From a bacterium (GTDB lineage: Bacteria; Patescibacteriota; Minisyncoccia; Phycocordibacterales; Phycocordibacteraceae), in assembly GCA_021811365.1 (NCBI GenBank), contig JAJZPB010000001.1, positions 32,312 to 96,311 on the forward strand: 64,000 nt of DNA, written 5' to 3'. The notes beneath the pieces were generated by a model, which was given only the letters and a program-made list of their open reading frames with translations, made no database searches and was not told the DNA's origin. Position numbers and translations under genes: made by a program. Positions 38,520-47,613 of this stretch are shown piece after piece (within the stretch, counting starts at the first letter, position 1; every line of letters begins with the position of its first letter).

Positions 38520-38832
38520 GGGTAACCGCAATGAGAGTACAGTATTCCTATCAGATGTGTAAGCAGTATACTGCATTAAATTACTCCCACCATGCATCCA
38601 CGTAAATTTCCTTGGGTTCAAAAGTCGGCACTGTTCATGGCTGTGATAGCTTTTGGATCGGCGGTAGCAAGTGTCTTCGTGGTCGTTCATGAAAAGCCAG
38701 GAAGCGAGGTTGCGGTGGCCCAGGCGGCACACGCATGCGTCGCACCAATCGGGAATACGTCTCCAACGAACGTACGCACGGCAAATCAAAGAAAACAGCT
38801 CTTCGTGAGCTGCGCAGGGTTTTTAAACTGAA

Positions 38833-39951
38833 TCAAATAGCAGGGTCTCTTTTTAGTACGACCCTCTTCTTCCCATTCGAGGCAATAGAAGCTACCTTTC
38901 TCGCAACGAGCGGTACAAATATGCCGGCCTCTATGAGCTGACTCAGCGTACGAGTCTTCGTTACAAAAAGCGAATCAGCAAGATACTTTCCAATCTCCGT
39001 CTCAGTCGACGCGGCACTGCGGGGTACAAAATCAAAAACAGCTTTTCCAGATAGTTTTCCGTCGTGGAGAATTTCTCCAACGCGGAGCTGATACTCAACG
39101 AGTGTACCCGCGAGAGGCTCAAGAACTCGCTCGAGCTCTTCTCGCAAGAAAAGAGCTCCGAGAATCGGTACTATGTCAAAATCTTTGCGTCCGTAGAGTA
39201 GTAACGTAGGCTGTTTCCCACAAGGGCAAGGGTTTGTATCGAGCTTACCTAGGTCGCCAGTGCGGTAGTTTTCGAGTTCAGTCGTCGTAGCAATGATTTC
39301 TCCTACACCTTCCTCGTCTGGTTCTGCGATTGCTAAAACCGTCTCCGAGTCCTCGAGAAGGTGGTAGCGTTCCTCATTTTCTGTCTCCAAGCACTGAGCA
39401 GTGGGATAAATAACCTCCGAAAGGGTGTACCCGCCTTGTATGGTCGCGTCAGGAAATAATGCTCGAAGGTGTTTTTTTTGCGTCGAAGTGCAGAGCTCGG
39501 CCATGGTCTGTATCAGACGTATATTTTTTAGTACGGAGGAACTAGTTTTAAAAAGCGTCTCGCCGAAACGCAGCGCTCGAGACGGTGTGGCGCGTATTGT
39601 GTGCGGTTCATACTCGTTCATAATAAAAGGCAGATTCTTCTCTTCAAGGTCGCGTTCGTCAAGTGTTAGGTACATTTCTATTGAGCTTGATGTAAGCGCT
39701 CGGCGAATAACATGTAGTGCGGCGAGGTTATTTAGCGGTAAACGAACATGCCTACCGAGATTTGCAATCCATATGTCATGTGTTTCCCCGCCTGGTTTGT
39801 CAGGCCGAAACAACGCGACGAGCGTTGGAAGGCCGGTAGTCGTTCCGCTCGAGACGGCCATGTGGATGTGCTGAGTAGACGGATCTCCGGGCGTATATCG
39901 CTCGATGCCGTAAATGCGTTTCGCCAGGTCCTTTTTTGTTAAGTAGTGCAT
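38833..39951 (-). CDS. PaaK/F390-synthetase-like adenylate-forming enzyme (ANL superfamily), last gene of the ycaO operon
   Basis: The AMP-binding P-loop SSGTTTGLP, the YRTGDLGKLD motif, and a CPCG Zn-knuckle typical of PaaK/CapK-like ligases. Confidence 0.75.
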   Translation of the reverse strand: MHYLTKKDLAKRIYGIERYTPGDPSTQHIHMAVSSGTTTGLPTLVALFRPDKPGGETHDIWIANLGRHVRLPLNNLAALHVIRRALTSSSIEMYLTLDERDLEEKNLPFIMNEYEPHTIRATPSRALRFGETLFKTSSSVLKNIRLIQTMAELCTSTQKKHLRALFPDATIQGGYTLSEVIYPTAQCLETENEERYHLLEDSETVLAIAEPDEEGVGEIIATTTELENYRTGDLGKLDTNPCPCGKQPTLLLYGRKDFDIVPILGALFLREELERVLEPLAGTLVEYQLRVGEILHDGKLSGKAVFDFVPRSAASTETEIGKYLADSLFVTKTRTLSQLIEAGIFVPLVARKVASIASNGKKRVVLKRDPAI

Positions 39952-39958
39952 ATTCTTC

Positions 39959-40762
39959 CTATGAAGTAGACGCGAGTTCGAATGCGCGAGTCCCTTTGCA
40001 GGAGCAGTCCTTTTCGAGAAATCGCACCGTGAGTCCTGGACGGTAGTTAATAATTGGCGTCGGCAGCATGTGCGTGCGCGTGACCGTCAAGTCAGTGGTG
40101 GTATCAACAACGTAGTTTTCCGATTCGTGGAAAACGATCTTTTGCCCGGCAAGTGCTACGGGGCAGGCGTACGCGATTCCTCCCGTTTCCGGCAGTCCGA
40201 GCACGAGGTGTATCTGCGTGGAAGGGAAAGTGCGTATAAGCAAAGGAAGGTTAAAAGTGATATCGACAACAGTTACGTAAGCAGTTTTGGTTGTGTCGTA
40301 GTGACGCGCCAAGGCCGTAGCCGTTTTCTCTATAGTTGCCGAGTCTGCGACGATTGAGTCCACTTCGTACCGCTGTGCAAGCATACCGGTAATGTCCTCG
40401 TCTTTGTCGGCGATGATTGGCAAGATATTTCTGGTTGTACACCACAGTGCCTTCTCAAGACATTCGTGGATAGAAGCAAAGGCTACGAGAGGTCGATTGC
40501 CAAGATCCCCATACTCTTCTCGTCCAATATCCGATAGGTGTCGACCAATTAAAAAAGGCCTCTCGTTGTAGTAAGCGACTTTCGCTAGAAGGTTGTCTGT
40601 ACGATAGAGCCGACGAGCGAAGGGAGTATTTGCGTATTGTTCTCGTTTTAGCGGTGGGAGCTCATTACGGGGAGTCCGAGAGTTCTCAGTATTCCAGACA
40701 GAACGATAAAAGTCCGACGCAGTCTCTTCAAAGACAAGCCTTTCAATCGGTGTAGGACTCAT
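39959..40762 (-). CDS. Degenerate PaaK-like protein lacking the AMP P-loop
   Basis: Its C-terminal INYRPGLTVRF...DCSCKGT parallels NYRTGDL...CPCG of the neighbouring ligases, but there is no SSGTTG motif. 7-nt gap to the next gene. Confidence 0.35.
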   Translation of the reverse strand: MSPTPIERLVFEETASDFYRSVWNTENSRTPRNELPPLKREQYANTPFARRLYRTDNLLAKVAYYNERPFLIGRHLSDIGREEYGDLGNRPLVAFASIHECLEKALWCTTRNILPIIADKDEDITGMLAQRYEVDSIVADSATIEKTATALARHYDTTKTAYVTVVDITFNLPLLIRTFPSTQIHLVLGLPETGGIAYACPVALAGQKIVFHESENYVVDTTTDLTVTRTHMLPTPIINYRPGLTVRFLEKDCSCKGTRAFELASTS

Positions 40763-40773
40763 AAAGCAGCCTT

Positions 40774-41607
40774 CTAACTAAGTTTTGCCGGAGCGTGCAA
40801 CCACTGAATTATCGAGTGCCGATTTTTTCGATTCGTCTGGAACGTATGCATGGAACGAAGGCTGGTCTGAAAAGCGAAAAGAGTGTTGTTTATGGGTGGG
40901 ACGACTTTCAGTCGTGTGGCGCGGTCCGCAGAATATACGCCAGTCTCGCCACCATCGCCCTCGTGCCACCCGTCATTCAGTAGATAGAAAAGTATCGCAA
41001 TAGCCTGGAATGGTGCGGCTCCTTGCTTTGAGCTGCGTGTCAGGTCAGTATAGCTTTGTGAAATGGAGGTGAGTGGCTTATACCCGATAACGCCATTCGA
41101 CAAGGGGACAGAGATCGCCGGGGACCGTTCAATATGGTCGTGGTGTACCGACCCGGTCTTATCGCCGGCTGGATGGTAATGAAATACCACCTTCGTTTCA
41201 GTAGTCGTACATTGATTGAATAACTTTGAGAAGAAAAGATTCCACTCAATGCTGTAAAAAATGCTGAGCGGATGCCTCGGATCTACGGTCGGTTGTGGCG
41301 AGTGCGTATAGCCGTCATACGCTATATCAAACGCATGAAAGCCGTCGAGAGTGTAGTCTCGCTTGTCGTGTAAGCCTCCTCGCATTGCTTCAGTGAAAAC
41401 AGAACAAAGGTTTTCATATGCCGTGGGCTTAAAAAAGTCAGGGATGACAACGTGCGGATATGGATCAGACATGATGCACACGTCGTATTTCCGCACGTTC
41501 GTAACCTCATCCAAATCAACGTTTTCGCGCGAGTGCAGGATTGACTTATGTACCTTGATTTGTGCCTTTCGGAAGCGGTCGTATAAGGTCATAGACGCAG
41601 TATACAA
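40774..41607 (-). CDS. Putative 2-oxoglutarate/Fe(II)-dependent oxygenase
   Basis: An HxD triad element in VHHDH, a distal His (SMHTF) ~90 aa later, and RHS (RxS) 10 aa after it. The pattern fits the 2OG-Fe(II) oxygenase facial triad plus 2OG-binding Arg. Confidence 0.5.
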   Translation of the reverse strand: MYTASMTLYDRFRKAQIKVHKSILHSRENVDLDEVTNVRKYDVCIMSDPYPHVVIPDFFKPTAYENLCSVFTEAMRGGLHDKRDYTLDGFHAFDIAYDGYTHSPQPTVDPRHPLSIFYSIEWNLFFSKLFNQCTTTETKVVFHYHPAGDKTGSVHHDHIERSPAISVPLSNGVIGYKPLTSISQSYTDLTRSSKQGAAPFQAIAILFYLLNDGWHEGDGGETGVYSADRATRLKVVPPINNTLFAFQTSLRSMHTFQTNRKNRHSIIQWLHAPAKLS

Positions 41608-41629
41608 TGTCTATTCAGACTGTAAGTAT

Positions 41630-42343
41630 CTAACAAAATTTGATAGAGTACACCGCTTGTTCGTTATTCGGGTCGATTGCGAGCATGTCTGAGACGATAC
41701 TGTCTTTGAAACCGGCCATAGGCCGTGCATTTATATTGTGCGCCGCCGCTAGTAGTAGCATGTTTTGCGCCACGTGACCTGCCTCAAGTAGGGCAAGGTT
41801 GTACGCAAAGTCGCCATATTTAGTAGCACTACGTTCCCACACAGCGGTGAAGACGATAGCAGCAGCAGCGGGACTAACCGCCTCGTCTTCAGGATAGAAA
41901 AATAGATCATTCACGCCGGCATGCACTGGCAGTTCCCAAAGACGCTCGAGGGCGTGAGTTTTCGGGTGGTAATGAAAGACGCTTGGAGAAAAGCTGTCAA
42001 CCTGACCGAACAGGTACGTTTCGATAGGATAGAGCGCTCCGCCGGAAGGGTAGGGACGCGTTTTGTCAGCGCGCATGCGTGCCGCCTGGAAAAGAAAACT
42101 CACGTCATTAAGTGAAAAAGATGTAAGGGGCGCATGTTTATTTTCCGAAGAGCGCAGAGAAAGTGCTTCGACAAGGCTCGCTGTGTTACTCACCGCACTT
42201 TCTGGAAGCGTAATCCGTTCCATGCGCGGATACTCTTTATGTTGCCAACGTATTGCGTCCTGCACAAGCGTCGCTGCTCCTCGACCAACTAGTAGTGCGT
42301 GGCGCAGGTCTGTATGTAGGCGAGAAATAAGGTGGCGTCTCAT
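41630..42343 (-). CDS. SagB-type (McbC-like) FMN-dependent dehydrogenase, nitroreductase fold
   Basis: The hallmark RPYPSGGALYPIETY motif of SagB/McbC azoline dehydrogenases. Start chosen 4 nt after the ycaO stop; the track ORF extends to 42406. Confidence 0.8.
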   Translation of the reverse strand: MRRHLISRLHTDLRHALLVGRGAATLVQDAIRWQHKEYPRMERITLPESAVSNTASLVEALSLRSSENKHAPLTSFSLNDVSFLFQAARMRADKTRPYPSGGALYPIETYLFGQVDSFSPSVFHYHPKTHALERLWELPVHAGVNDLFFYPEDEAVSPAAAAIVFTAVWERSATKYGDFAYNLALLEAGHVAQNMLLLAAAHNINARPMAGFKDSIVSDMLAIDPNNEQAVYSIKFC

Positions 42344-42347
42344 AGAG

Positions 42348-43835
42348 CTACGCAAATGGATGGGGCTCTTCACTGGAGTGCGCCTCCTTTTCAACAAGAT
42401 AGCCAAATTGCTTAGGTATTTCGTTCACGCGAAGGCCATCTACGGGACGATTTTTTTCCTTCAAGTAAAGCGGCTGTAGTTCAGGTATGATGACTCGTTC
42501 TAGATGCCATGGAGTTGGATTGCCTTCGGACTTCGTCAATGAAACAGAAACGCACTCATAGCCTTTCTCTCGACACCACGAGACAATGCGCGCAAGATGT
42601 TCTTCGTCAGTATCGGATTCCCAGGATTCGGCCGTAAGGTTTACGGTCGGCCCGGCTGTCAAAAAAGCAAGACCTTTAGCCCTATTGTGTTTTGTCCAGT
42701 AGCGGAGACGGTCAAAGTGGCCAATGTCGGCAATTTGCTCTTGAACTTCCTTGGGTGTTTCGTTTTCCATTGCGCGGATATCAGGTCGGATGCGTAGCGC
42801 TTCAAGTAGAGCGCCTTCTGCTGCTTGCGCAGGATCGCGATGCGCTTTTAGGCCGAGTGACATATTTGGCGTCATTCCGGATTCGTCTTCCAAGACTACA
42901 GCTAGCGCGTATGTCGGTGCGTCGGTCAGCATGCGAATCACCTGTGGTATCAGCCGGTAGCGCACGCAAAGCTTCATGAGTCGCGAAAGAGAAGCACTGC
43001 GGAGAGCAAGTTGTTCAACGTTTATACGAGGCAAGATGAGTCGATTGAGCCAGAGAATCATGTACGCATCGCGTTCGATAGCCTCAAGAGCTCCTTGGAG
43101 TATGGCCGCTTCCTTCGTCTTTCCACCCGCGCAGCCATTTGTATTTTGTTCCCGCAAAAGCGGCTCATTGAGCGAAGTTAGTACGCCTGGGTTCCCACTC
43201 ACGAGTTGCGCGGGAACCCATAACGGGCGTTTTGAGATGAGTGAGTCACCCCGAATCCACAGGAATTTTTGTTCCGGAGAGGACTTTTGCGGGAGTCCTA
43301 CAAGACGTTCGAGATCTAGCGCGGCAACCCTCTTGCGCCGCATACTCTCAGCCGTCGCTTTTTTTTGAGCGGCAAAGTAGTCGACCCGACTTGCCCACAC
43401 ATGCCGTTCCACTGCCTCGGCTAGCGCTGTAGTGAGTGCTACTCGCTCGTTGTCGAAAGAAATTCCCGAGGCTATAAGGTTCTCACGAACGGCGTAATCA
43501 CGAACACAAGAAGCCGACCAGATGTAGAGCGGCGGTTCATCTGGTAAGGACTCAGTGAGCTGTATTGTTTGGATGACGCCCGCAGCATGCAACGTCTCCG
43601 CAACCGAAAAAAGATCCAAAAGTTCCGGTTTTTGGAAGGGGATAACAGCTCTGTCATACACAACTCGAGCATGTAGACGACGCTCGAGAAAACGAATGAA
43701 TGAGGAAACAGCCTCCTTTTGGATGCTTGATACACCAGACCTACTCCATATTTCCTCGAATGGTATAGCGTCGAACATTTCATTTTTTATGCTAGCAGTG
43801 TTTAACGACGAGTCAATGTACAAAAAAGTACACAA
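42348..43835 (-). CDS. ycaO: YcaO-domain protein (ATP-dependent cyclodehydratase family)
   Basis: The three YcaO signatures occur in order: ALAEAVERHVW, NTNGCAGG (SNGxAAG-like) and ALEAIERDAYMILW (ATP/Mg-binding ExxERD). Confidence 0.85.
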   Translation of the reverse strand: MCTFLYIDSSLNTASIKNEMFDAIPFEEIWSRSGVSSIQKEAVSSFIRFLERRLHARVVYDRAVIPFQKPELLDLFSVAETLHAAGVIQTIQLTESLPDEPPLYIWSASCVRDYAVRENLIASGISFDNERVALTTALAEAVERHVWASRVDYFAAQKKATAESMRRKRVAALDLERLVGLPQKSSPEQKFLWIRGDSLISKRPLWVPAQLVSGNPGVLTSLNEPLLREQNTNGCAGGKTKEAAILQGALEAIERDAYMILWLNRLILPRINVEQLALRSASLSRLMKLCVRYRLIPQVIRMLTDAPTYALAVVLEDESGMTPNMSLGLKAHRDPAQAAEGALLEALRIRPDIRAMENETPKEVQEQIADIGHFDRLRYWTKHNRAKGLAFLTAGPTVNLTAESWESDTDEEHLARIVSWCREKGYECVSVSLTKSEGNPTPWHLERVIIPELQPLYLKEKNRPVDGLRVNEIPKQFGYLVEKEAHSSEEPHPFA

Positions 43836-43931
43836 TAGCGGTTATGAAGGTTATCCACAAAACTAACAGACACAGCGCGTCGCCAGACAGGCAGTCTGCT
43901 CTATACTAAGAATTAGTTATAATATTATTTT

Positions 43932-44222
43932 ATGGCAACGATTTTAAAAAAGAATATGCGAGCTGGGCATTCATTTCTCAAGGGGACAGGTTCGCTACTG
44001 CTAGCCGTAGTTGGATTTTTCATGATTTTTTTTGGACCCGGAACGGTGTCGACGGGGAAGTCCAACACGTTCTTGAGCATGATGGACTTCAACGTAGCTC
44101 ATGCGGATACGAATACCTGCGGCCAAACATGCTATACCACCTACGTTAAAGGTGGTGGCTCCTCTTCAAGCTATTGCACGTCGACTTGCACCGTTGGTGG
44201 TTCATCGTGCGCCTGTAGTTAA
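43932..44222 (+). CDS. Candidate RiPP precursor peptide with a Cys/Ser/Thr/Gly-rich C-terminal core
   Basis: 96-aa ORF divergent from ycaO across an AT-rich 96-bp promoter region (tatact, tataat). The C-terminus is TNTCGQTCYTTYVKGGGSSSSYCTSTCTVGGSSCACS. The N-terminus carries a hydrophobic signal/anchor-like stretch. Confidence 0.6.
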   Translation: MATILKKNMRAGHSFLKGTGSLLLAVVGFFMIFFGPGTVSTGKSNTFLSMMDFNVAHADTNTCGQTCYTTYVKGGGSSSSYCTSTCTVGGSSCACS

Positions 44223-44255
44223 CGGATAAAGCGTTGTTTATGTTACATCAACACA

Positions 44256-45347
44256 ATGAGCGGCGTATATAATGGCAAGCGTATAATTTATGCTTCCGCA
44301 ATTATCGTTGCGGTGGCGTTGGTGATTGCGGCTGGAATTTTATTGTACGTACGTTACGAGCATCGTATACGGTTCAATCATCTTATTTTGCAGGCCGAGT
44401 CTTCTTATCATGAATATAACTATGATACTGCGATTACGGCTGCGTCAGATGCTATTTCATTTGCTCCAACAAGGGCTGACGCCGACCTAGCCAAATACTA
44501 TGTTGCCGCCTCGCTTTATAATAGAGGGAACAGTAAAGACACCGTCACTAGCATAACGCTTCTTAAGTCAATTATCGCTGACCCAGCAGCAAGCGCACAG
44601 CTCAAGAGTTCTGCCTATATCAGGCTCGGTTTGCTGTACTCCCCATCAGGAGTTAATAGTTCGCTCAACAAGCTGGTATTCAGCGGACCTCCGTACAGCG
44701 ATTATCTGGCGAGCGCCAAGGGGAACATGGGTAAAGCGACGCTATCGCTGTATGAGAAGGCAAATGAATTGTATCCATCGGCAGCGGCAAATTACGCCAT
44801 TGCAGCATCGCAAGCAATGGGGATTTACACGCAAGGGATAAACGTCAAGGACCCAACCCAGCTGCAGGTTGCCCAAGCGGTCCAAAGGACGGTTGCTAAC
44901 GGCGACGCGCTATTGGCGGCTGGATCGTCGACCCTCGCGCAACTGCCGCAACTTTACATGTTACGTTCTTTTGCACTCAGCACGGCTTCGTATTATGTAC
45001 CCGAAATATCCCCGCAAATTGTTGATAGTTCCTACGAACATGCGTTATCGCTCATGAACGCAGCCAGTACGAGTATATCCTACCTAAAGCTGACTACCGT
45101 CATGCTTAACTTGACTTATGCAGCCTCCCTAGTCGAAAGAGAACCCGGAGCCCAAAATACAAAAATTAGCAGCCTGCTTTCAGACTTTTTAAATGAGACG
45201 AACGCATTTCCGACTCTTCTCCCGCAAAATGTACTCGCGATTCGCGCTTATAAGCCAGGAACCCCTATTCTCGACGCGATTCCAAAACTTGCAAAACTCT
45301 ATCCACCCTTTGCTGCGTACTTAGTTCAAATAGGCTGGAATAAATAA
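44256..45347 (+). CDS. N-anchored membrane protein with helical repeat (TPR-like) ectodomain
   Basis: A TM helix IIYASAIIVAVALVIAAGILLYV, then a 330-aa Ala/Leu/Tyr-rich helical domain. Immediately downstream of the precursor gene. Confidence 0.5.
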   Translation: MSGVYNGKRIIYASAIIVAVALVIAAGILLYVRYEHRIRFNHLILQAESSYHEYNYDTAITAASDAISFAPTRADADLAKYYVAASLYNRGNSKDTVTSITLLKSIIADPAASAQLKSSAYIRLGLLYSPSGVNSSLNKLVFSGPPYSDYLASAKGNMGKATLSLYEKANELYPSAAANYAIAASQAMGIYTQGINVKDPTQLQVAQAVQRTVANGDALLAAGSSTLAQLPQLYMLRSFALSTASYYVPEISPQIVDSSYEHALSLMNAASTSISYLKLTTVMLNLTYAASLVEREPGAQNTKISSLLSDFLNETNAFPTLLPQNVLAIRAYKPGTPILDAIPKLAKLYPPFAAYLVQIGWNK

Positions 45348-45370
45348 AACGCGAGCAGTTTGTTCTTATG

Positions 45371-46816
45371 CTACAGGAGAGGAACAAACATTCTCATTTT
45401 TCCCTCAGATCCCGCTCCCCATAGTGCTGGGTATTCAAATATGATGGATAGTTCGGTACCGATGTGTTTATAAAGTTCATTAGAAAAGCGACTCTCAAAA
45501 GATTGTTTATCACCGTGCCGTAACTTAACTCGAATTACCAACTGGCCAAGCGTCGGTTGCATGATTTGATAAAACTCGATTTCGTCAAAAAAAAGTGGAA
45601 GCAGAAAGCGATTTATCTGGCGAAAAGGCGCTATTTTTCCGCTCGGGAAGCGAATGAAGTCCATCTGTTTTCCTGAGAAGGCAAGAAGAGGCAGCGTGCG
45701 GCCGCAAGGACACTTTTCAGGTACGATTCGACCACGATCACCGATGTGATACCTGAGAAGCGGAAGGGCGCGATTCTCAAGGGAGGTTAGTGTGATCAGT
45801 CCCTCTTCGCCGTCGGGAAGGCGTCTACCTTGTTCATCAGTTATTTCTAGAAACAGGCGCTCGGCGTGAACGTGGTAATGATGCCGCAGCTTTGGACACT
45901 CGATAGCTATCTGCCCGACCTCGGTACTTCCGTAGGTTGCTACCACAGGACAACCGAGGACTTTTTCCGCATACTCACGCGAATCGTCGTCAAGACGCTG
46001 GCCTCCGGCTACGACTAGTTGAAATGGTAGTTTTTGACGCGACTCAGCGAGCTTTTTTGCAAATAGGAGAAGATTTGTTGGGTAAATGTACAATACTCGA
46101 TACCGTCCCGTCGTTATCTGGTCAAGTAGATTTTGAAATGCCTGATCAGCATTAGTTTCAACAGGACTCCAGTTACAGGCCACAGACGGCTGTGCCGTGG
46201 TTGGTCCGGTAAAGCTAGCTATGAATGGACGTCTCCCATCTCTTTTTGGTGAAATGCCGTGCCATACGAGGATGCGATGAAAATATGAGGCGGACTCGAC
46301 GAAGCTTGTATTTCTGTCGCCGCCCCACTCGAACGGTGCGCCGGTCGTACCAGAGGTGCGAAACAACACAAGACGTTCCCGGTCTTTAAATGCCGGCGCA
46401 AGAAGTTCCGCTCGAGAAGTATTCGTAAACGACTGTTTGGAAACTGGGGGTAAGCGCTCCAAAACAGACAGAGCCGTCAGTGACTCCCTTTGTATTCCTG
46501 CGCCCTCCAGCCGGTCTCGCCACCAGGGAATGGTTTCAGCAATTCGTAGTATCTTTTTGAGCCGAAGCAGTTGCAGCTCGTGCATGAGAGACGGGTCGGC
46601 GTATTCGGTTTCGGGCAAAAGGTTTCGATAAGCATTGGTGACGAATTCGTGCCGATACCCATACAGGGAGCGGTAGGGTTGCAAAAATTCCGCTACTGCC
46701 CGCACCACCATGCGTTTTTTTTCGTTTCGGGTGGGGTTAAAAATTTTACGTTTCATCTGCGACTTCGCGTAAGTGTAATACCAGAAACGTGTCGTGTACA
46801 ATGTAAGCACCTGCAC
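45371..46816 (-). CDS. PaaK/F390-synthetase-like adenylate-forming enzyme (second copy)
   Basis: The P-loop RTSGTTGAPFE, YGSTE, YHIGDRGRI and CPCGR motifs. The true start may be an internal Met (M21 or M36). Confidence 0.75.
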   Translation of the reverse strand: MQVLTLYTTRFWYYTYAKSQMKRKIFNPTRNEKKRMVVRAVAEFLQPYRSLYGYRHEFVTNAYRNLLPETEYADPSLMHELQLLRLKKILRIAETIPWWRDRLEGAGIQRESLTALSVLERLPPVSKQSFTNTSRAELLAPAFKDRERLVLFRTSGTTGAPFEWGGDRNTSFVESASYFHRILVWHGISPKRDGRRPFIASFTGPTTAQPSVACNWSPVETNADQAFQNLLDQITTGRYRVLYIYPTNLLLFAKKLAESRQKLPFQLVVAGGQRLDDDSREYAEKVLGCPVVATYGSTEVGQIAIECPKLRHHYHVHAERLFLEITDEQGRRLPDGEEGLITLTSLENRALPLLRYHIGDRGRIVPEKCPCGRTLPLLAFSGKQMDFIRFPSGKIAPFRQINRFLLPLFFDEIEFYQIMQPTLGQLVIRVKLRHGDKQSFESRFSNELYKHIGTELSIIFEYPALWGAGSEGKMRMFVPLL

Positions 46817-46818
46817 CT

Positions 46819-47613
46819 ATGAGACGCGAATGCAAAGAGCCAAAGTTTTCATATGTCATCTGTACTACTCCGCGTTCAGGTAGCACCCTCCTTACCACGA
46901 CGCTTGGGCAAACCGGGGTGGCAGGGAAACCTGATGAATCAATCACGCTTTCTTTTCGAGAGGAGGTGCGCCGCGCCAAACAGCTTGGTACGCAAGACTT
47001 TCGTGAGTATATCGAGAGAGCAATTACTGCCTCCACAACGGAAAATGGCGTTTTCGGAACCAAACTCCACGCGTTTCAGACGATGGCATTTCTTACGAGG
47101 ATTTCCGAGTTTCGGAGTGAGCCCATTGTTTCTCTACAGGCCGCTTTTAATAGGCAATTTCCGAACACGCGTTATATTTTTCTGACCCGTGGCGAAAAGG
47201 TTAAACAAGCGATATCGTATTACCGAGCGCTCATGACCGACGAGTGGCACCGCTTGTCGAAAACGGGAGAAATCGAACGTGTCGCTGGTCCAATTTCGTT
47301 TGACCAGTACGGTATAAAAAAAAGTCTTGCGTTTATCGAACGCTCTGACGCGTATTGGGAGAGCTACTTTAAAGCGCATAAGCTTTCGCCACTGCGATTG
47401 ACTTACGAAGAGCTGGTTGGGTCGTATGAGAGCTCGATACGGCGCGTTCTTGACTTCCTCGGACTTCCTGCCGATGTCTCTGTACCGGGGCAGGTTGTAC
47501 AAAAAATGGGTGACGAACGCGCTATCGCCTGGGAAAAGGAGTTTTTGTCGCTCGAAAAAGTCGCCCCTGCAACTGTGTCAATCCTTAGCGACATATTGCT
47601 TGCGCCGTACTAG
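46819..47613 (+). CDS. Stf0-like sulfotransferase (PAPS-dependent)
   Basis: An N-terminal 5'-PSB loop YVICTTPRSGSTLL and a later RGEKVKQAISYYRA (3'-PB-like) region. Confidence 0.7.
   Translation: MRRECKEPKFSYVICTTPRSGSTLLTTTLGQTGVAGKPDESITLSFREEVRRAKQLGTQDFREYIERAITASTTENGVFGTKLHAFQTMAFLTRISEFRSEPIVSLQAAFNRQFPNTRYIFLTRGEKVKQAISYYRALMTDEWHRLSKTGEIERVAGPISFDQYGIKKSLAFIERSDAYWESYFKAHKLSPLRLTYEELVGSYESSIRRVLDFLGLPADVSVPGQVVQKMGDERAIAWEKEFLSLEKVAPATVSILSDILLAPY

Noticed and set aside
42343-42406. A 59-nt overlap between the ycaO 3' end and the SagB-dehydrogenase start, as given by the longest ORF
   Set aside because: An in-frame ATG at 42341-42343 gives a 4-nt intergenic gap and removes an implausible Arg/Lys-rich N-terminal extension.
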